Shown here: positions 1 to 12,059 of the stretch, piece by piece | Numbering within the stretch: position 1 is the stretch's first letter | How the letters are laid out: the number at the start of each line of letters is the position of its first letter | NCBI RefSeq assembly: GCF_009834535.1 | Contig: NC_045697.1 | Coordinates: 3,164,001-3,228,000 of the forward strand | From: Camelus ferus | Lineage: Eukaryota | Reading direction: 5' to 3' | DNA: 64,000 nt | Program-made: the position numbers and the translations under genes | Notes under the pieces: model-generated | The model's database searches: none | Told to the model about the DNA's origin: nothing | The model's input: only the letters and a program-made list of their open reading frames with translations

Positions 1-304
1 ACAGGGTGGCTTATAAACGACAGAAATGTGTTTCTCATAATTTTAGAGGTTGGATGGCCAAGGTCAGGTTCTGCTGAAGGTCCTTTCTGGGTTGCAGATG
101 GTTGACTTTTCAGTATATCCTCACACGGTAGAGGGAGCGAGCACACTTTCTTGGGCCTCTTTTGTAAGGGCACAAATCCTATTCATGGGGCTCCACCTTC
201 ATGTCCTGATCACCTCCCAAAGGCCCCACCTCCTAACACCATCATGTTGGGGGTTAGGTTTCAACAGAATTGGCAGAGGGGACACAAGCATTCAGCCTGT
301 AACA
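1..304 (-). mobile_element. MaLR solo LTR, MLT1A/B-like (cut by window start)
   Basis: Typical MLT1 text: ggcttataaac..cagaaat..tctca, cacctcccaaaggccccacctcctaacaccatc, ending cattcagcctgtaaca. Confidence 0.8.
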
Positions 305-329
305 GTGCATGTATTTCATCAAACTAAAG

Positions 330-950
330 AAGTGTGCATCAATTCCCATTTTATTGCCCTAAAAATGTTGGGAATGGGTACTGAGTTTTCTGGAAGGCTT
401 TTTCATCATTTGTGGGGAGAATCATATGATCTTCACATTAGATCTATTAGTATGGTGAATTAGTAGATTTTCTTATGTTTTGAGTCATCCTTGCCTTCCT
501 GGGATGAGCTTCATGTGGTCATGTGTGTATTAACAACTTGTGTTGGTTTCTGTTTGCTAGTATTTTATTTAGAATTTTTGCATTGATACTTGTAAGTAAG
601 ATTGGCCTTTGGTTTTCTTTTTGTGCTGTCTCTGTCAGGTTTAGGCATCATTTTAATACCTACTTGTAAAAAAGAAAGAATTGGAAAATTGCGTATCTGT
701 TTCTGTTCTCTGGAGTAATTTATGGAGTAGCCTTGATGTTTAAAATTTGGCACAATTCCCCTGTAAAACCATCTGGGTCTGGTGCTTTTTTGGTGAGGAT
801 AATTTTTGTTAACTTTCTTTGCTTTCTCTATGAAATTGGCCTGTGTAAGCTTTCTATAACTGTTTGGTAAATTGTATTCTTTTCTGTGAAATTATCTATT
901 TTACCTAGTTTCAAGTGTATTTGCATAGAGTTGTACAGAATAGTCTTTCA
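330..950 (-). mobile_element. Old L1 ORF2 remnant
   Basis: T-rich; minus-strand peptide MMPKPDRDSTKRK resembles L1 ORF2 LIPKPDKDTTKKENYRPISL; degraded. Confidence 0.7.
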
Positions 951-3139
951 TGACTTTTCTTGAGTTGGGAGTAGGTATTTAAGGACTTCATAGTTTTAGA
1001 AGATAAGAAGTCTGTGGGTTGTGTCCACTTGCCGTTTTTACGGATCCTAAGCCTTAAAGTGAAGTTCTAAGAAGACGAGCATGTGCTAAAGTAATGGTAA
1101 TAGCTGCTGTCTGCAAAACGCTTGCCACTGTGTGTATCAGCTCATTGCATCCTCACTACAATACTGACGTACACAATAATCATCTCATTTTAAGGAGGAC
1201 AGAATTTGGGAGAGCTACCCGCTTTTCCAAGCTCACACAACTGGGAAGACTGGCTGCATTTGGGGTGCGAGGTGGAGGGGTGAGGAGAGTCAGGGAGGTG
1301 ATCCCGGTTGGGGTGCCTGGCAGGGAAGGCAGCCTGGCTGAGGTGGACAGGAGCTGCCAAGGGACTGCAAGTGAGAAGGCCAGGTGGAGGCTGGCAAGTT
1401 GGGGGTCAGCTGGAGCTGGGTGGTCTGTGGGGAGCCCTGGGGAGTGGGTGGGGGGATAGAGACTAGGTAGTGGAATTAGTCAGGTGGAGTTTCTGGGAGC
1501 TTCTGCACGAGGTTAGAAGTTTGAAGGCAAGAGCTGTTTGGGAAGCATCTTGGTTAAACATATGAAATAAACAGACCGCCAGCAGCCGTCCTGGCTCTGT
1601 GAAGTCACTTGGCTGTAACTGAGAATGCAAACAGCACGCGGTGTTTTACACATGACCAAAGCCTGGGGACTGAGGAGAACACGCAGGGGCCACACATGTG
1701 CACATGGAGTGACATGAATACATGACCTTGTCCCTGCCTTTTCCAAAATTGAGGCAGGACATCTCAGGGTAATTACCTGTATTTCCTTAGAGCCAATTAT
1801 AGTAGGATTTTTTCTTGCTGTTTGTCGGATGTGTTCACGCAGAGTGGTTTAGCATCCTGAGAAACCGCAGGAGGGCCTAGGGATTCTGTCCTCGCTCCAG
1901 AGGAGCTGCGTCAGGTCAGCAGTTCCCTGCACAACAGGCATGCCACCCGGTGGCAGGTCGCTGGCTCCTGATTCCGGCTCTTGTACCAGACGCCGCGCGA
2001 CAGCAGGTCCCTTGCTCTCGGGGCCTCAGTCCCCTCCCGCAGGAAATAAAGGCACTCGGGGACTCGGGGTCCCTTTTAACTTTCACATTCTGTGACTGAG
2101 GCGTTACAGTGAGCACGATTCCTGTGAAGTGGCTTCTTGGTCCCAGAAATCACCACCCATTTTTTTAATGTCAAAATAAGTCAACTGGCTGGCACACCTG
2201 CATAGGGATTTACCTGAAGTGGCAGAGGGTTGGCCACATAAGACTGTGTGTTCTCTTGAGTTCTCCGTCTGCAGCCCCATCTACTCTGTACTCACTTCTT
2301 CCCCCTTTATTTGGATCCAGGGAAGACAGCCCTCGGCAGGTCGGCGAGAGCAGAGCCGCCGACAGGAAGCCTCTTGCGAGGCCGAGGGAGCCGCGCCCCT
2401 CAGTGCGTGGCGTGTGTCCAGCAGTGCCTCCGGTGCTTTCCTTGTTGCTTTGGGAATTGCAGCTTCTGTGGCCAGATCTGTGTGTGGTGTGGGCATTTGG
2501 GAAAACATATTTTTTTCTGAAAGTTAGCGATTTATTTCCGTGTCCTGCTCCCAGTCTGTGTTCAGTGACTTTGCTGCTCTGTCTGGAGCAGGCGAACAGA
2601 CGTCAGGTCGGGGCGCTGAGCAGAGGAGGAAGCCTTGGTTCGGGTGTGTCCCTGCGCAGCTGGCTGACGTGCACGGCCCCTTTGCATTTCTGAATCTCAA
2701 AGATAATGTGCTTGTGGGGATCAAGTGAGATAATACACTCAAAATATTTCGTATGTCCGAATATAACTACTTGTTATTCTGAATGCAAATCCCTTTGGCC
2801 TGTGTTCGTAGTGTACCAATGGGAGAGGTGCGATAGACCGTGCCCTCGGGTAGGTCTCTGATTCTCCAAGCCTCCGTTTCCCCATCTGTAAGTTGAGAGA
2901 GTTGGGTGAGTTATCTACAGCTGTTTTCCAGTTGTGAGATGCTGTTTTTTATGCAGGACTGTCAGTAGGGATGTGAAGCACCATTTGAGCAGTGGCCTTG
3001 AAGGATATAGTTGTGTGGACAGCCTGTCCGTGTCATGGGAAGTAGGTGATCTGAACATAGATGGTGAGGAATTAACATCCTCTTCCTCCATGAGCAGAAT
3101 TTAAAGGCAGTGTGATGGTGCAAGAGGCAGAGACGTTGA

Positions 3140-3340
3140 AATCGAGCAGACCTGGTTACGGTTCCCACTCTGGTTATTTTTAAGTATGTGGCCTTAGGCG
3201 AGGACGTAACCTTTCGTAGTCTCACTTTCTCCATCTGTCAAATGGTGAAAATAGTGCCTGTCTCGAGGGTTACTGGGAAGGTCAGTCATGATGTGCGTGC
3301 AGCACTCCCGTATTGCCTGGCACGTGGTGCGCACTTGGGG
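3140..3340 (+). mobile_element. MIR SINE
   Basis: Core gtggccttaggc..taacct..tctcactttctccatctgtcaaatgg. Confidence 0.65.
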
Positions 3341-4294
3341 TGGCTGGACTCCAGGAAACAGCTGTGAGGAGCTGCAGCGGCTACAATGCTTTGCCGGGAA
3401 AGTAGAAAATCCTGTGTGGTGATGGCGGCCTTGGCTGGCGGCGGGGAGGAATAGAGATGGGTGGGCAGGTCTTACTCGGCCCTGGAGAAGCAGCCCCTCC
3501 GGCCGGAAGGAGAGAGCGTGGGTCAGGCAGTGGAAGAGTTGGATACTGGGCAGGTGGTCCTGGGGAGCACACGGAGAAGGCCGTTCAGAATACATCCAGG
3601 GAAACGCTGAATGCCTGGCCTCTGATCGCTTGCCCGACCTACAGAGAGCCGGCTCACAGGTGGTAAGGAAGCGCGATGGCTCCGGAGGGCTCCCCAGACC
3701 TTCTGGAAGCCCTGCAGACTTGAGTTGTATGATGCTACACTCTGCTTAGGTGTAGGTGTTTCCTAAGAGCTTCGTTTATATGCAAATCCCTAGGGCTCTG
3801 GTGGGTGACCACCCTTAGATCTTAAGAGAAAAGCTATGTTCATAGTAAGAGTGTTAATCTGAAAATTGATTGCAAGAACTTCTCCTTCCTTCCTTGCTTT
3901 GGCATCCAGGGGGACCCTTTGGACGTCCTGTCTGGGAGCCTGTGGGAGGTGGTCCCCTTTCCCTCAACGTGCTTTTGCTGAGTCCATGGTTAGTGTTGAA
4001 TACTGTGGGGCACCAGGAAGGAACCCAGCAATGTCCACAAAGCTGTCCCTCACACCAGGATTGGCAGTCCAATGGGGGAGCTGGACAGCTCAGCACACGG
4101 TCATAATGCTCTCGGAGGCACGATGTAGGCTCTGGAGAAACTTCCTGTTCATCTTCCTCATTTTTTCTGGGACCAGTGTTCTTAGTTTTATTTGACCATT
4201 CTATTGCCCATAAAAATATTGGCCACAGCCACTCACCAGGCCAGGCTTATCTCAGAAAATAATCCATGGAGTAATTATCATAAAATGGTCAAAG

Positions 4295-4560
4295 CAGGGC
4301 CTTTGGACTCAGATCTGTGTTCAGATTCTTTGTTATGTTCTAGCGGGATGGCTGTGAGCAAATGATTAACTGGAGAGACTTAGCCACTTGCTCACTTAGT
4401 AACCGTAGGCAACCTCTCTGAGCCTCAGTTTCTTCACCTGTAAAATGGGCACAAGACCAGCTTCTACCTCATAGGGTTGTTGGGAACACACATGAAGTCA
4501 TACGTGTAAAGGGACTGGAACAGTGCCTGATGCTTTCTGACTGCTGTGTAAGGATTTGCT
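4295..4560 (+). mobile_element. MIR SINE
   Basis: aacctctctgagcctcagtttcttcacctgtaaaatggg...ctacctcatagggttgtt. Confidence 0.8.
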
Positions 4561-5917
4561 TAAAGAAAAGCAAACAAAGTGGCCCTGGCTTCTTATTCCC
4601 CCATACATGGGGACGACTGTGTCTACGCAGCATTATTTTGAGGATTAGATAGTGTCATGTGTAGATGCCTAGACAACGCCTTTTATGTAACAGGTTCTCT
4701 AGGCGCTAGAAGCTGTCAGAGACCAGCAGAGCCTTGTGCCTGCCCTTAACCAGCTGACTAGCTATTTTGAGAAAAAGACAAAAGCAAAAAGAAACCTTAA
4801 GGTCACTAAGCCCCCAGTTATCAGTACAGCTGGTATGAGATGAATGAATTCAGTAATTTCAGACTTTAGTAGGGAGGAGCCTGTTGGGGATATTGACTTA
4901 GGGAAGGCTGGGAGAGAGGGGATGTGAGTCTAGGCATGAGTTTGAAGGGACTGTTAAGGTAAAATGTGGTTTGTTTAGTCTGTGCAAATTCTGGAAAGGG
5001 GGGACCTGTCTAGCAATGACAACTCTCTGATTTGAGGATGTTTTGCAGTCTGAGGTGCAAAGAGCTTCGCTTTGAGAATCTATCTTTTGGTTGCAGTTTC
5101 AGGCGAAAACCACACTGTAGCTTAATAAACAATGAAATGAAAACTTATTAGAAGGATGCAGGTATCTTGTGGAACTCAAGTGCGGCCCGGTTTCACAGGC
5201 AACTGAAAAAAGTCCAAGAAGGTCTCAGGAGTCTGCTCAGTGCCCTGTCTGTCTGATGCTTCCCCGCTCCCCTCTGGGTGTATCTCTGTGTGCGCCGGAT
5301 GTTCACTTTATTCTTTCTTTCTCCATTAGTGACTTTCACCCACTGGCACACACGTGCCTAAACATGGTGGCTCCGTAGCTCCTGAGTTCACGTGTCTTCT
5401 GGTCAAGAGCTCTCAACTGACTGAGCATTCCTGGTTCCAGGCAGTGTATACAGGAGAGAGAATCTGATTGACCAGCTTGGGTTAAGGTGGTCCAATTAAT
5501 TATGACGTGGGAGCGGGGGGTGGCCTGCAGGGCCTGGTTGTGCACATACGGCTGCCAAGAGTCCACCTAATGGTTAAGGGGGCTGCTTTCTGAGCTGGGG
5601 GTACAGGCCAGGCAGGGACCCGGCCTGGAGGGACCTACACAAAACCTCAGCGGGAACTCTGTAAGGGAAGCTCGGGCTTAGGATGAGTTGGGACAGATGG
5701 CAGTCTTTGGTTCTCTTCAGGATATTTTGATGCTGTAGGTGGAACCCAGGTGGAATCCTGCAGGATAATATAATTTGGCTACAAGAGAAGCATTTAATAA
5801 TAGAGTATACGAATCAGGAGGGAGGATGGGTACTGTGAGTTTAACATAGACCCGTAAACATCTTAAACATTTTTGCTTATAGCTTTTAGCAGCCCTTTTT
5901 GGGACATGGTTGATACT

Positions 5918-6380
5918 GTTTTTATGGTGGTGAAAGATACGTAGCATAAATTTTACTGTTTTAAACCCCTCTGTGTACACAATTCAGTGTCATTAAGTCC
6001 ATTCACATTGTACTGCAACCATCACCACCACCTCACCTCCAGAACTTTTATCTTCCCCACTGTAACTCAGTCCCCGTCAAACACTAACTCCCTGTCCACT
6101 CAACCCCAGCACCTGCCATCTACCATCCTCCTTTCTCTATGAGTTTGACACCTCTAGGGACCTCGTATAAGTGGAATCATACAGGATTTGGCCTTTTGTG
6201 ATTAGCTTACTTCACTCGGCATCATGTCCTCAAGGTTCCTCTGTGTCATAGCAGGTGTCAGAGCTTCCTTCCTTTTTCAGACTGAATAAGATACCACTGT
6301 GTGGATGGACTACATTTCATTTATCCATTCATCCATCAATGGCCATTGAGTTGTTTCTAGTATCATGAATAATGCTGGCC
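5918..6380 (-). mobile_element. L1M (L1MB-like) 3' end
   Basis: aattcagtgtcattaagtccattcacattg..caaccatcacc..aagtggaatcatacagga..ttatccattcatcc. Confidence 0.8.
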
Positions 6381-6444
6381 ACCCATCATCTTCAAAGTAT
6401 AGATGAGATTATTTTCTATTTAGAATCATCAAGAAATTGTTTTC

Positions 6445-6639
6445 CTAATGAAAAAGATCTTTTTTTTTTTCAGCTTAAAACAACAAATTTATTATCTCAC
6501 TGTTATGTAAGTCAGAAGTCTAAGTTGGCTCTGCTGGTTTCTCTGCTCTGGATTTTATTTTACTTTATTTTAGTTTAACATTTTTTAATTGAGTTATAGT
6601 CATTTTACAATGTTGTGTCAAACTAATGAAAAAGATCTT
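6445..6639 (-). mobile_element. 5'-truncated young L1 3' end with 3'-transduced MLT1 fragment, poly(A) tail and 17-bp TSD
   Basis: ctaatgaaaaagatctt at 6445-6461 and 6623-6639; poly-T to 6470; L1-like terminus at about 6581-6622. Confidence 0.8.
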
Positions 6640-6869
6640 AAAGGCTAACTTAGCAAAGCCTCTTCATTTCAGAGAGGGAAGCTTCGGAAGTTACCCAGTT
6701 AGGAAAAGGGAGCATCCTACGCCATGTTGCCTCTGAACTCATTTGCCATTTCTCTGCCCACTAGTCTAGAATTATGAGAGCTTTGGTAATTAGAGGAGGG
6801 TGGCTTCAGAATCTTTCTCTGGAGGGTCTTGTAGCCTTGTAGAAAATTAGGCTGAGGAGTTTCATAGAC

Positions 6870-8171
6870 CAGTGCTTCTTGAACTTTTTTCCTTAGAACT
6901 TTTTGGTCTCAAAATATATATTGAGGACCCCAAAGTGCTTTTATAATGTAGTTATATCTGTAGATATTTATTATATTAGAATTTAAAACTTTAAAAAGAT
7001 TTTTAAAGAGATTTATTAATATATTTATGAAATGTAACTGCATTTACCAAAACGAGATGATCCGTGAAAGAGTAGCATTGTTTTATATTTATACGAGGCT
7101 CTTCAGTATCAGGCTTAACGGAAGCGAGCTGGGGTCTCACGTCCATTTCTGCCTGCATATTGTTGTGAAACATTGTTTTAGTGGAAGCGCACACAGTCTG
7201 GCCTGACACACACACGTGTGCGGAAGAGGAGAGCATTTTAGTGCCTTTTCAGGTATTGTGAATATCCTTTGATACTACACCAAAACTCAACAAGCAGTAG
7301 TTTGTTCAAGGCGAGTTGTAATGTGGGCTCTGAAGCTGGGTCAGAGACCACTTCATTCTGTGCTACGTTAGGATGTTTCAGCTTATTTTGCGCATTAGAC
7401 CACTCTTCACCCGCGTGTGATTTTATGATGTCTTGGTTCCCCGAGCTGTGCAGGTCTCCAGATGCTGACACACGGCGGCACGCAGCAGCAGGAGATCTTC
7501 TTTCTCACTTTTTCTCACTTGCAGGAGTCTCTGTTGAGAAGCCATCAGGCTCCTTGTGGTGGATACACGTGTTCAAAATTCTTACTTTCACTTGCAAGTT
7601 CAAATTTTATCATTGGCAACAAATGCTGTCATTCTTTACCTTGACGGGATAAGCTTACTTTGTTCTTCAGAAAATGTCGGTCACAGACTCCGGTCTGAGT
7701 GACTGTAGCTCGCCTATCATCTCTTCTTCGTGCTGCGTGAAGAAGGGGGCCTAGCGCGACTCGCCGCCCAGACAGCAGCACGCGCTTCTCCGCCGGCCGG
7801 GGAGGCGCCTCGCGCGCGCCCGTCCCCACGCTGCTGGTCAGGGCGGCGGGCCGCCAGGGCCGAGATCTGACACAGCAGTGATTTGTGCTGCTCCATCAAA
7901 GACACTCGAGTGAAAGTAGCGTTTAAAACTTTATTCATTTTTTTTTAACTGCTATTATATAAGTGAAGAATACAGTGGCCACTAGTGTAGTTTGGTGTCA
8001 CTGCTTTGATGGGTGCTAAGATGCCAGCAGTTTAATCACCCTTTCATTTGCACTACTAGTGCAAGAAAAGGTGAATAACATCATAGTGTCATGAGACGAG
8101 TTTGACCTCGTGGACGCTCTGAAAGGGTTTTGGCATCACTCAGAGGTTTATACCATGTGTAAAAATTGTTG
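6870..8171 (-). mobile_element. hAT-Charlie DNA transposon (Charlie1a-like), degraded
   Basis: Terminus cagtgcttct; homologous in reverse complement to 60686-62047, with an exact 18-mer at 7267-7284 vs 61605-61622. Confidence 0.8.
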
Positions 8172-8817
8172 ACACCAGCTACATAGTCCAGTCTCGTGGC
8201 TGTCAGAGGGAAGGGCTGCCGTAATCCCAGAAAGAAAAGACATGTTGGACGCCAGGACCAGAACTTAGGTCACAGTCCTCCCTGACACCCACCCCGCATC
8301 TTTGTTGTAACTGGATAAACATGCTCACAGTCTTCCTGGGGAGGGAGCCAGCCCTGCAAAAGCAGAGAGTTGAGTGTTGAATTTCCGAAATCACATCCTA
8401 GTGGTTATTTGAAAACTCTTTGGCATTTTAAACTCCCACCTCCTTCTTGACATTGAAATTTAATATCATGCAGTTGACACCAGACAATGACATCAGGCCC
8501 TCAGGTCTTGGCTCCGTTTGTCGGCAGCCTGGCTCTGGAGCGCCTCCCAGCTGGGTGTCCTCACCTCAAAGCAAAAGCGAGGGAAAGAGTGGCATGTTTA
8601 TCTAGGAGATGGTGCATGAATCTTTTAGATGACCTGGTTTCAACTATCTTGTTTTTCATGTTGGAAAACAGTATTCAAACATAAGCTAAAAGAGAAATGC
8701 TTTGCATACAATTTAGCATTCATATTTTGACATTTGCAAATTGGGGTCAACCAACCTCATCAGTTAGAGAGCAGTGGAAACACTCACGCATCTTTCTTCT
8801 CTCCTTTGTTTCCAGCA

Positions 8818-8944
8818 ATGGAAGAGTTAATAGTTGAACTTCGTCTCTTTCTTGAACTCCTGGACCACGAATATCTAACATCAACTGTCCGGGAGAAGAA
8901 GGCAGTTATCACAGACATCCTGCTGAGGATACAGTCATCCAAAG
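8818..8944 (+). CDS. AFAP1: AFAP1 first coding exon (exon 2): [42 protein letters not shown](G)
   Basis: Polypyrimidine tract then ttccag|CA ATG (acceptor AG 8814-8815, ATG 8818); donor AAAG|gtgcgg. Confidence 0.97.
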
Positions 8945-9139
8945 GTGCGGCTCCTTCAGGCTTCTACTTTCTCTTCTTCTGGTCTCTTGTTGCCTCTACG
9001 CCACCTTTGATTCTACCGTCTTTCTTAAAAGTACTCATGAATGAGCTTCTTCATTCATCCAGTTGTCGCTGAAGGCCTTACGAGGTGCCACATACTGTGT
9101 TTGTCACTGGGTTTAGAAAGATAAAGCCTTAAGGATCCA

Positions 9140-10212
9140 ATGGAATAGTGGGTGTGTTGGGGGGGCTCCCTACGAGCACCCCAACACTGGGAAGATCCAC
9201 TAGCATGTACTTGTACTTTCTCATGCCCAGGATTTGTTACAGAGGTGGTAAGGATGTACAGCCAGGCTATAGGGGAGGAGACTCAGGCCAAGCCTGGAGG
9301 ATCCCGCAGACAGCCCTCCTTCTGCTCTGCCTCCCCGGAGGGTCACACAGATCACACTCTTTCCTCAGCAACAAAACACAGTGGCCTGTGTGTGATGTTT
9401 CTGTTCAGGAAAGCTCACCAGAGACTCAGTGCCGAAGGGCTTTAGTGGGGGCTGGTCACATAGCACCCTCAGCCTGGCATGTGCCAAAGTCCCCAGACTC
9501 CCAGAAAAGCAGGTTTACCAGTCAGAGTTCCCCAGAAAAGCAGAACCAGCAGGATAGAGGGGTGCGGACAGAGATAAGAGGAGGTTTACTCTGGGGATTG
9601 GTTCATCTGCTTATGGAAGCTGAGAAGTCCCATGATCTGCTCCCTGCAAGCTGGAGACCCAGGAAGGCCAGTGGTGTAATTCAGTCCCAGTCTGAAGGCC
9701 TGAGAATCAGGTGGGGGGCTGATGGTGTACGCTCTGGTCAGAGAACTGAAGGCGCCAATGTCCGAGGAGGAAGGCAGAGGATGGGTGTCCTGGCTTGAGC
9801 AGAGAGAGGGAGTTCACCTTTCCCTGGCCTTTTTCTATTCAGACCTTCGACAGATTGCATGATGCACCCCAACGGTGGGGAGGGCCAGCCCCTTTACTCA
9901 GTTCACCCATTCACATGCTGATCTCTTCCAGAAACATTCTCACAGATACACCCAGCAATCACGTCCTGCCAGCTCTCTGAGCATCTCTGAGCCCAGTCCA
10001 ATTGACACACAAAATTAACCATCCCAGCAGGTGTTTGGCATAGATCATATTGTTTGCTCAGTCTACGCAGAATCAACCAACCTCATCAATTAGGGAGCAG
10101 TGGGGACACTTCTGAAATCCACGTTCCCAGATGCCAGCCAAGGACCACTTTGCCAGCAGGGCCTTGTAAAGACAGCAGCCTCAAGCCCTCTGTGTTCCCT
10201 CTTCCGTGCACA
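9140..10212 (-). mobile_element. MER21-like ERV-L LTR, interrupted by an MLT2 LTR
   Basis: Minus strand starts tgtgcacggaagagggaacacag..cttggctggcatctgggaac; the two halves rejoin as ccagaaaagcagg/tgtttggcata. Confidence 0.75.
9514..10026 (-). mobile_element. MLT2-family ERV-L solo LTR
   Basis: ggaagctgagaagtcccatgatctgc..gcaagctggagacccagg; ends ttgacacacaaaattaaccatccca; flanked by GCAGG on both sides. Confidence 0.85.
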
Positions 10213-10359
10213 GTATGTAAGACGGAATAGCTGGGGGAGAGCCTCAGCGCGCTGGCGGGCACCTCAGAGGGGAAGCGCAAGCCGCGCAGATACGGAGAGT
10301 GCGGGAGGGGCTGGGGGTCTTGAAGGCTCGGTAGGAGACAGCTGGATGAGGTGTAGAGG

Positions 10360-10470
10360 TTTATTTTAAACAGCTTTATTGGGATGTAATTCACCCACCG
10401 TGCACTTCCCCCATTTGAACATACAGTTCTTTGGTTTTCAGTGTACGAGGCCATGATACGACACAGGTAG
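10360..10470 (-). mobile_element. L1M 3' terminal fragment
   Basis: aacagctttattgggatgtaattcac..catacagttctttggttttcagt. Confidence 0.55.
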
Positions 10471-11709
10471 GTTTGCGTTCCAGAAAGCTCGCTCGTCAGT
10501 CCGCGCAGCGGGCTGAGGATCCAGTAGCAGACTGGACGAGAGCTGCATGAGGTCCTAGGTGGATGGTGGGACCAGTCGCTGAGACGGCGTGCAGGGTGAG
10601 GATCGTGTTCTGGGGGCGGTAGGTTAGAGAGAGCCAGTGGGAGGGGGGACAGAGGTGGAATGTTCACCTTTGAATGACGTTGCTGCTTCCCTGCCTGGAC
10701 TCTTTCGTTACCTACCGTTGTCCATGGATGAACCGCGGCCCTCAGGCTGCCTACGAGGCCCTTCATGACGTGTGGTCACGCGTGTCTACTGTAAAGTCAA
10801 ACTGCCTTTGTTTCTGTCTCTGCCCGTCTCCCAGCCTGTGACCTCGTGCTGTGAAGCACCTCCAGTGCCTGGCACACCGCAGACCCTCCGCAACTGCTGG
10901 CGGTTATTTCCTCCCATTGCCTTTGTTTTTAGAGGTGGCGCTTCTCTCAGCCCCCCCCCCCCATGCACCCGGCTCTCGGCCACGTCAGACTGCTGGTCTG
11001 AACACCCCGCAGTTTGGGCCTCTGGCCTCAGGAGTTGCTGTTTTCTTTCCCCGATTTCCCTTTTCCTCTTCCTCTGCCCCCTTTCTCTCCACACTTCATT
11101 CTGGATGTAGTGACTGTTATTTTCCAGTTCACTAATTTTCTCTTCAGCTCTTTATACACTTAAAACTCATCCACTGAGTGTTTTGATGGTAGTTTCCATT
11201 TGTTCCCTTCCTTCTCTCCCTCTCTCTCTCTCTTTTCTTTCTTTCATTGTTTCCAGCCCTCTGCCAGACTGCTGGTGTCTGTTGTAGCTGCCACAGGTCA
11301 GGGCTTTTTCTCCCCGCAGCCTGTAGCATCAGTGCTGGACCTGTTGTAGATGATCATTGTTGAGTGATCATTTTTCTGGGGCTTTCCAGGTGAGCTCTTG
11401 GCATATAAATAATACTTCCCTGCCTTCACTGGTACAGCGCTCACCACGGTTTCTGAGAGTCCACCGCATGTATGTGTGTCTTCCTAGCTTGAACATGATA
11501 CCCTGAGGGTACGAGCTTACATCAGGCACATCGGCTAGTGAAGCAGTCTGGTACAGCATCTGACCTTAGGAGGGTACTTAATACAGACTTTTGATTCCCA
11601 GGAAGGCACCTGCCCCCTTAGTACGTGGGTGAGTTCTGACCTGAGCAGCAGTTCAGGAGAGGCGGCTTGCGAGGCAGCTTGCCTTTGAGAGGCTGCTCGC
11701 AGAGGGGAC

Positions 11710-11890
11710 AGTGTAGACTTTGGTGCCAGCTCCGTTATTTCTAACTGGTAATGTTTCAATTAAGTTCTTTAACCTGTTTTTTTCAGCCATAGATACTCAC
11801 CTGCAGAATGGAGAAGAATACCAACCTTGCAGGATTGCTGTAAAGAATTAGGGAAGATGAATGTTTGCAGAGTATTCATTGTGGGCCGAG
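11710..11890 (+). mobile_element. MIR SINE, degraded
   Basis: aagttctttaacc..ctcacctgcagaatggagaagaataccaaccttgcaggattgctgtaaag. Confidence 0.6.
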
Positions 11891-11961
11891 GAGGTGATGG
11901 CCGCTAGTGGCGCTGTCCTCCTCCTCCTGCTCATCCGGTTCTGTGGTTTCGCTTGATACAG

Positions 11962-12059
11962 GTTTTGAAGTGAAAGATCATGCTGCAAAGCCGGAGACCC
12001 CCAACAGCCTGCCGGCCCCTCCCCAGATGCCTCTGCCAGAGATCCCGCAGCCGTGGCTG
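11962..12059 (+). CDS. AFAP1: AFAP1 exon 3: (G)[32 protein letters not shown], proline-rich SH3-binding motif
   Basis: gatacag|GT...CTG|gtgagt; 98 nt, phase 1 to 0, fits both neighbours. Not present in the ORF track. Confidence 0.96.

Noticed and set aside
1..8815. AFAP1 promoter or non-coding exon 1
   Set aside because: No large CpG island or convincing first-exon donor seen; probably upstream of the window.
9148..9798. 216-aa plus-strand ORF
   Set aside because: Runs antisense through MER21 and MLT2 LTRs and crosses their junction; no protein family resemblance.
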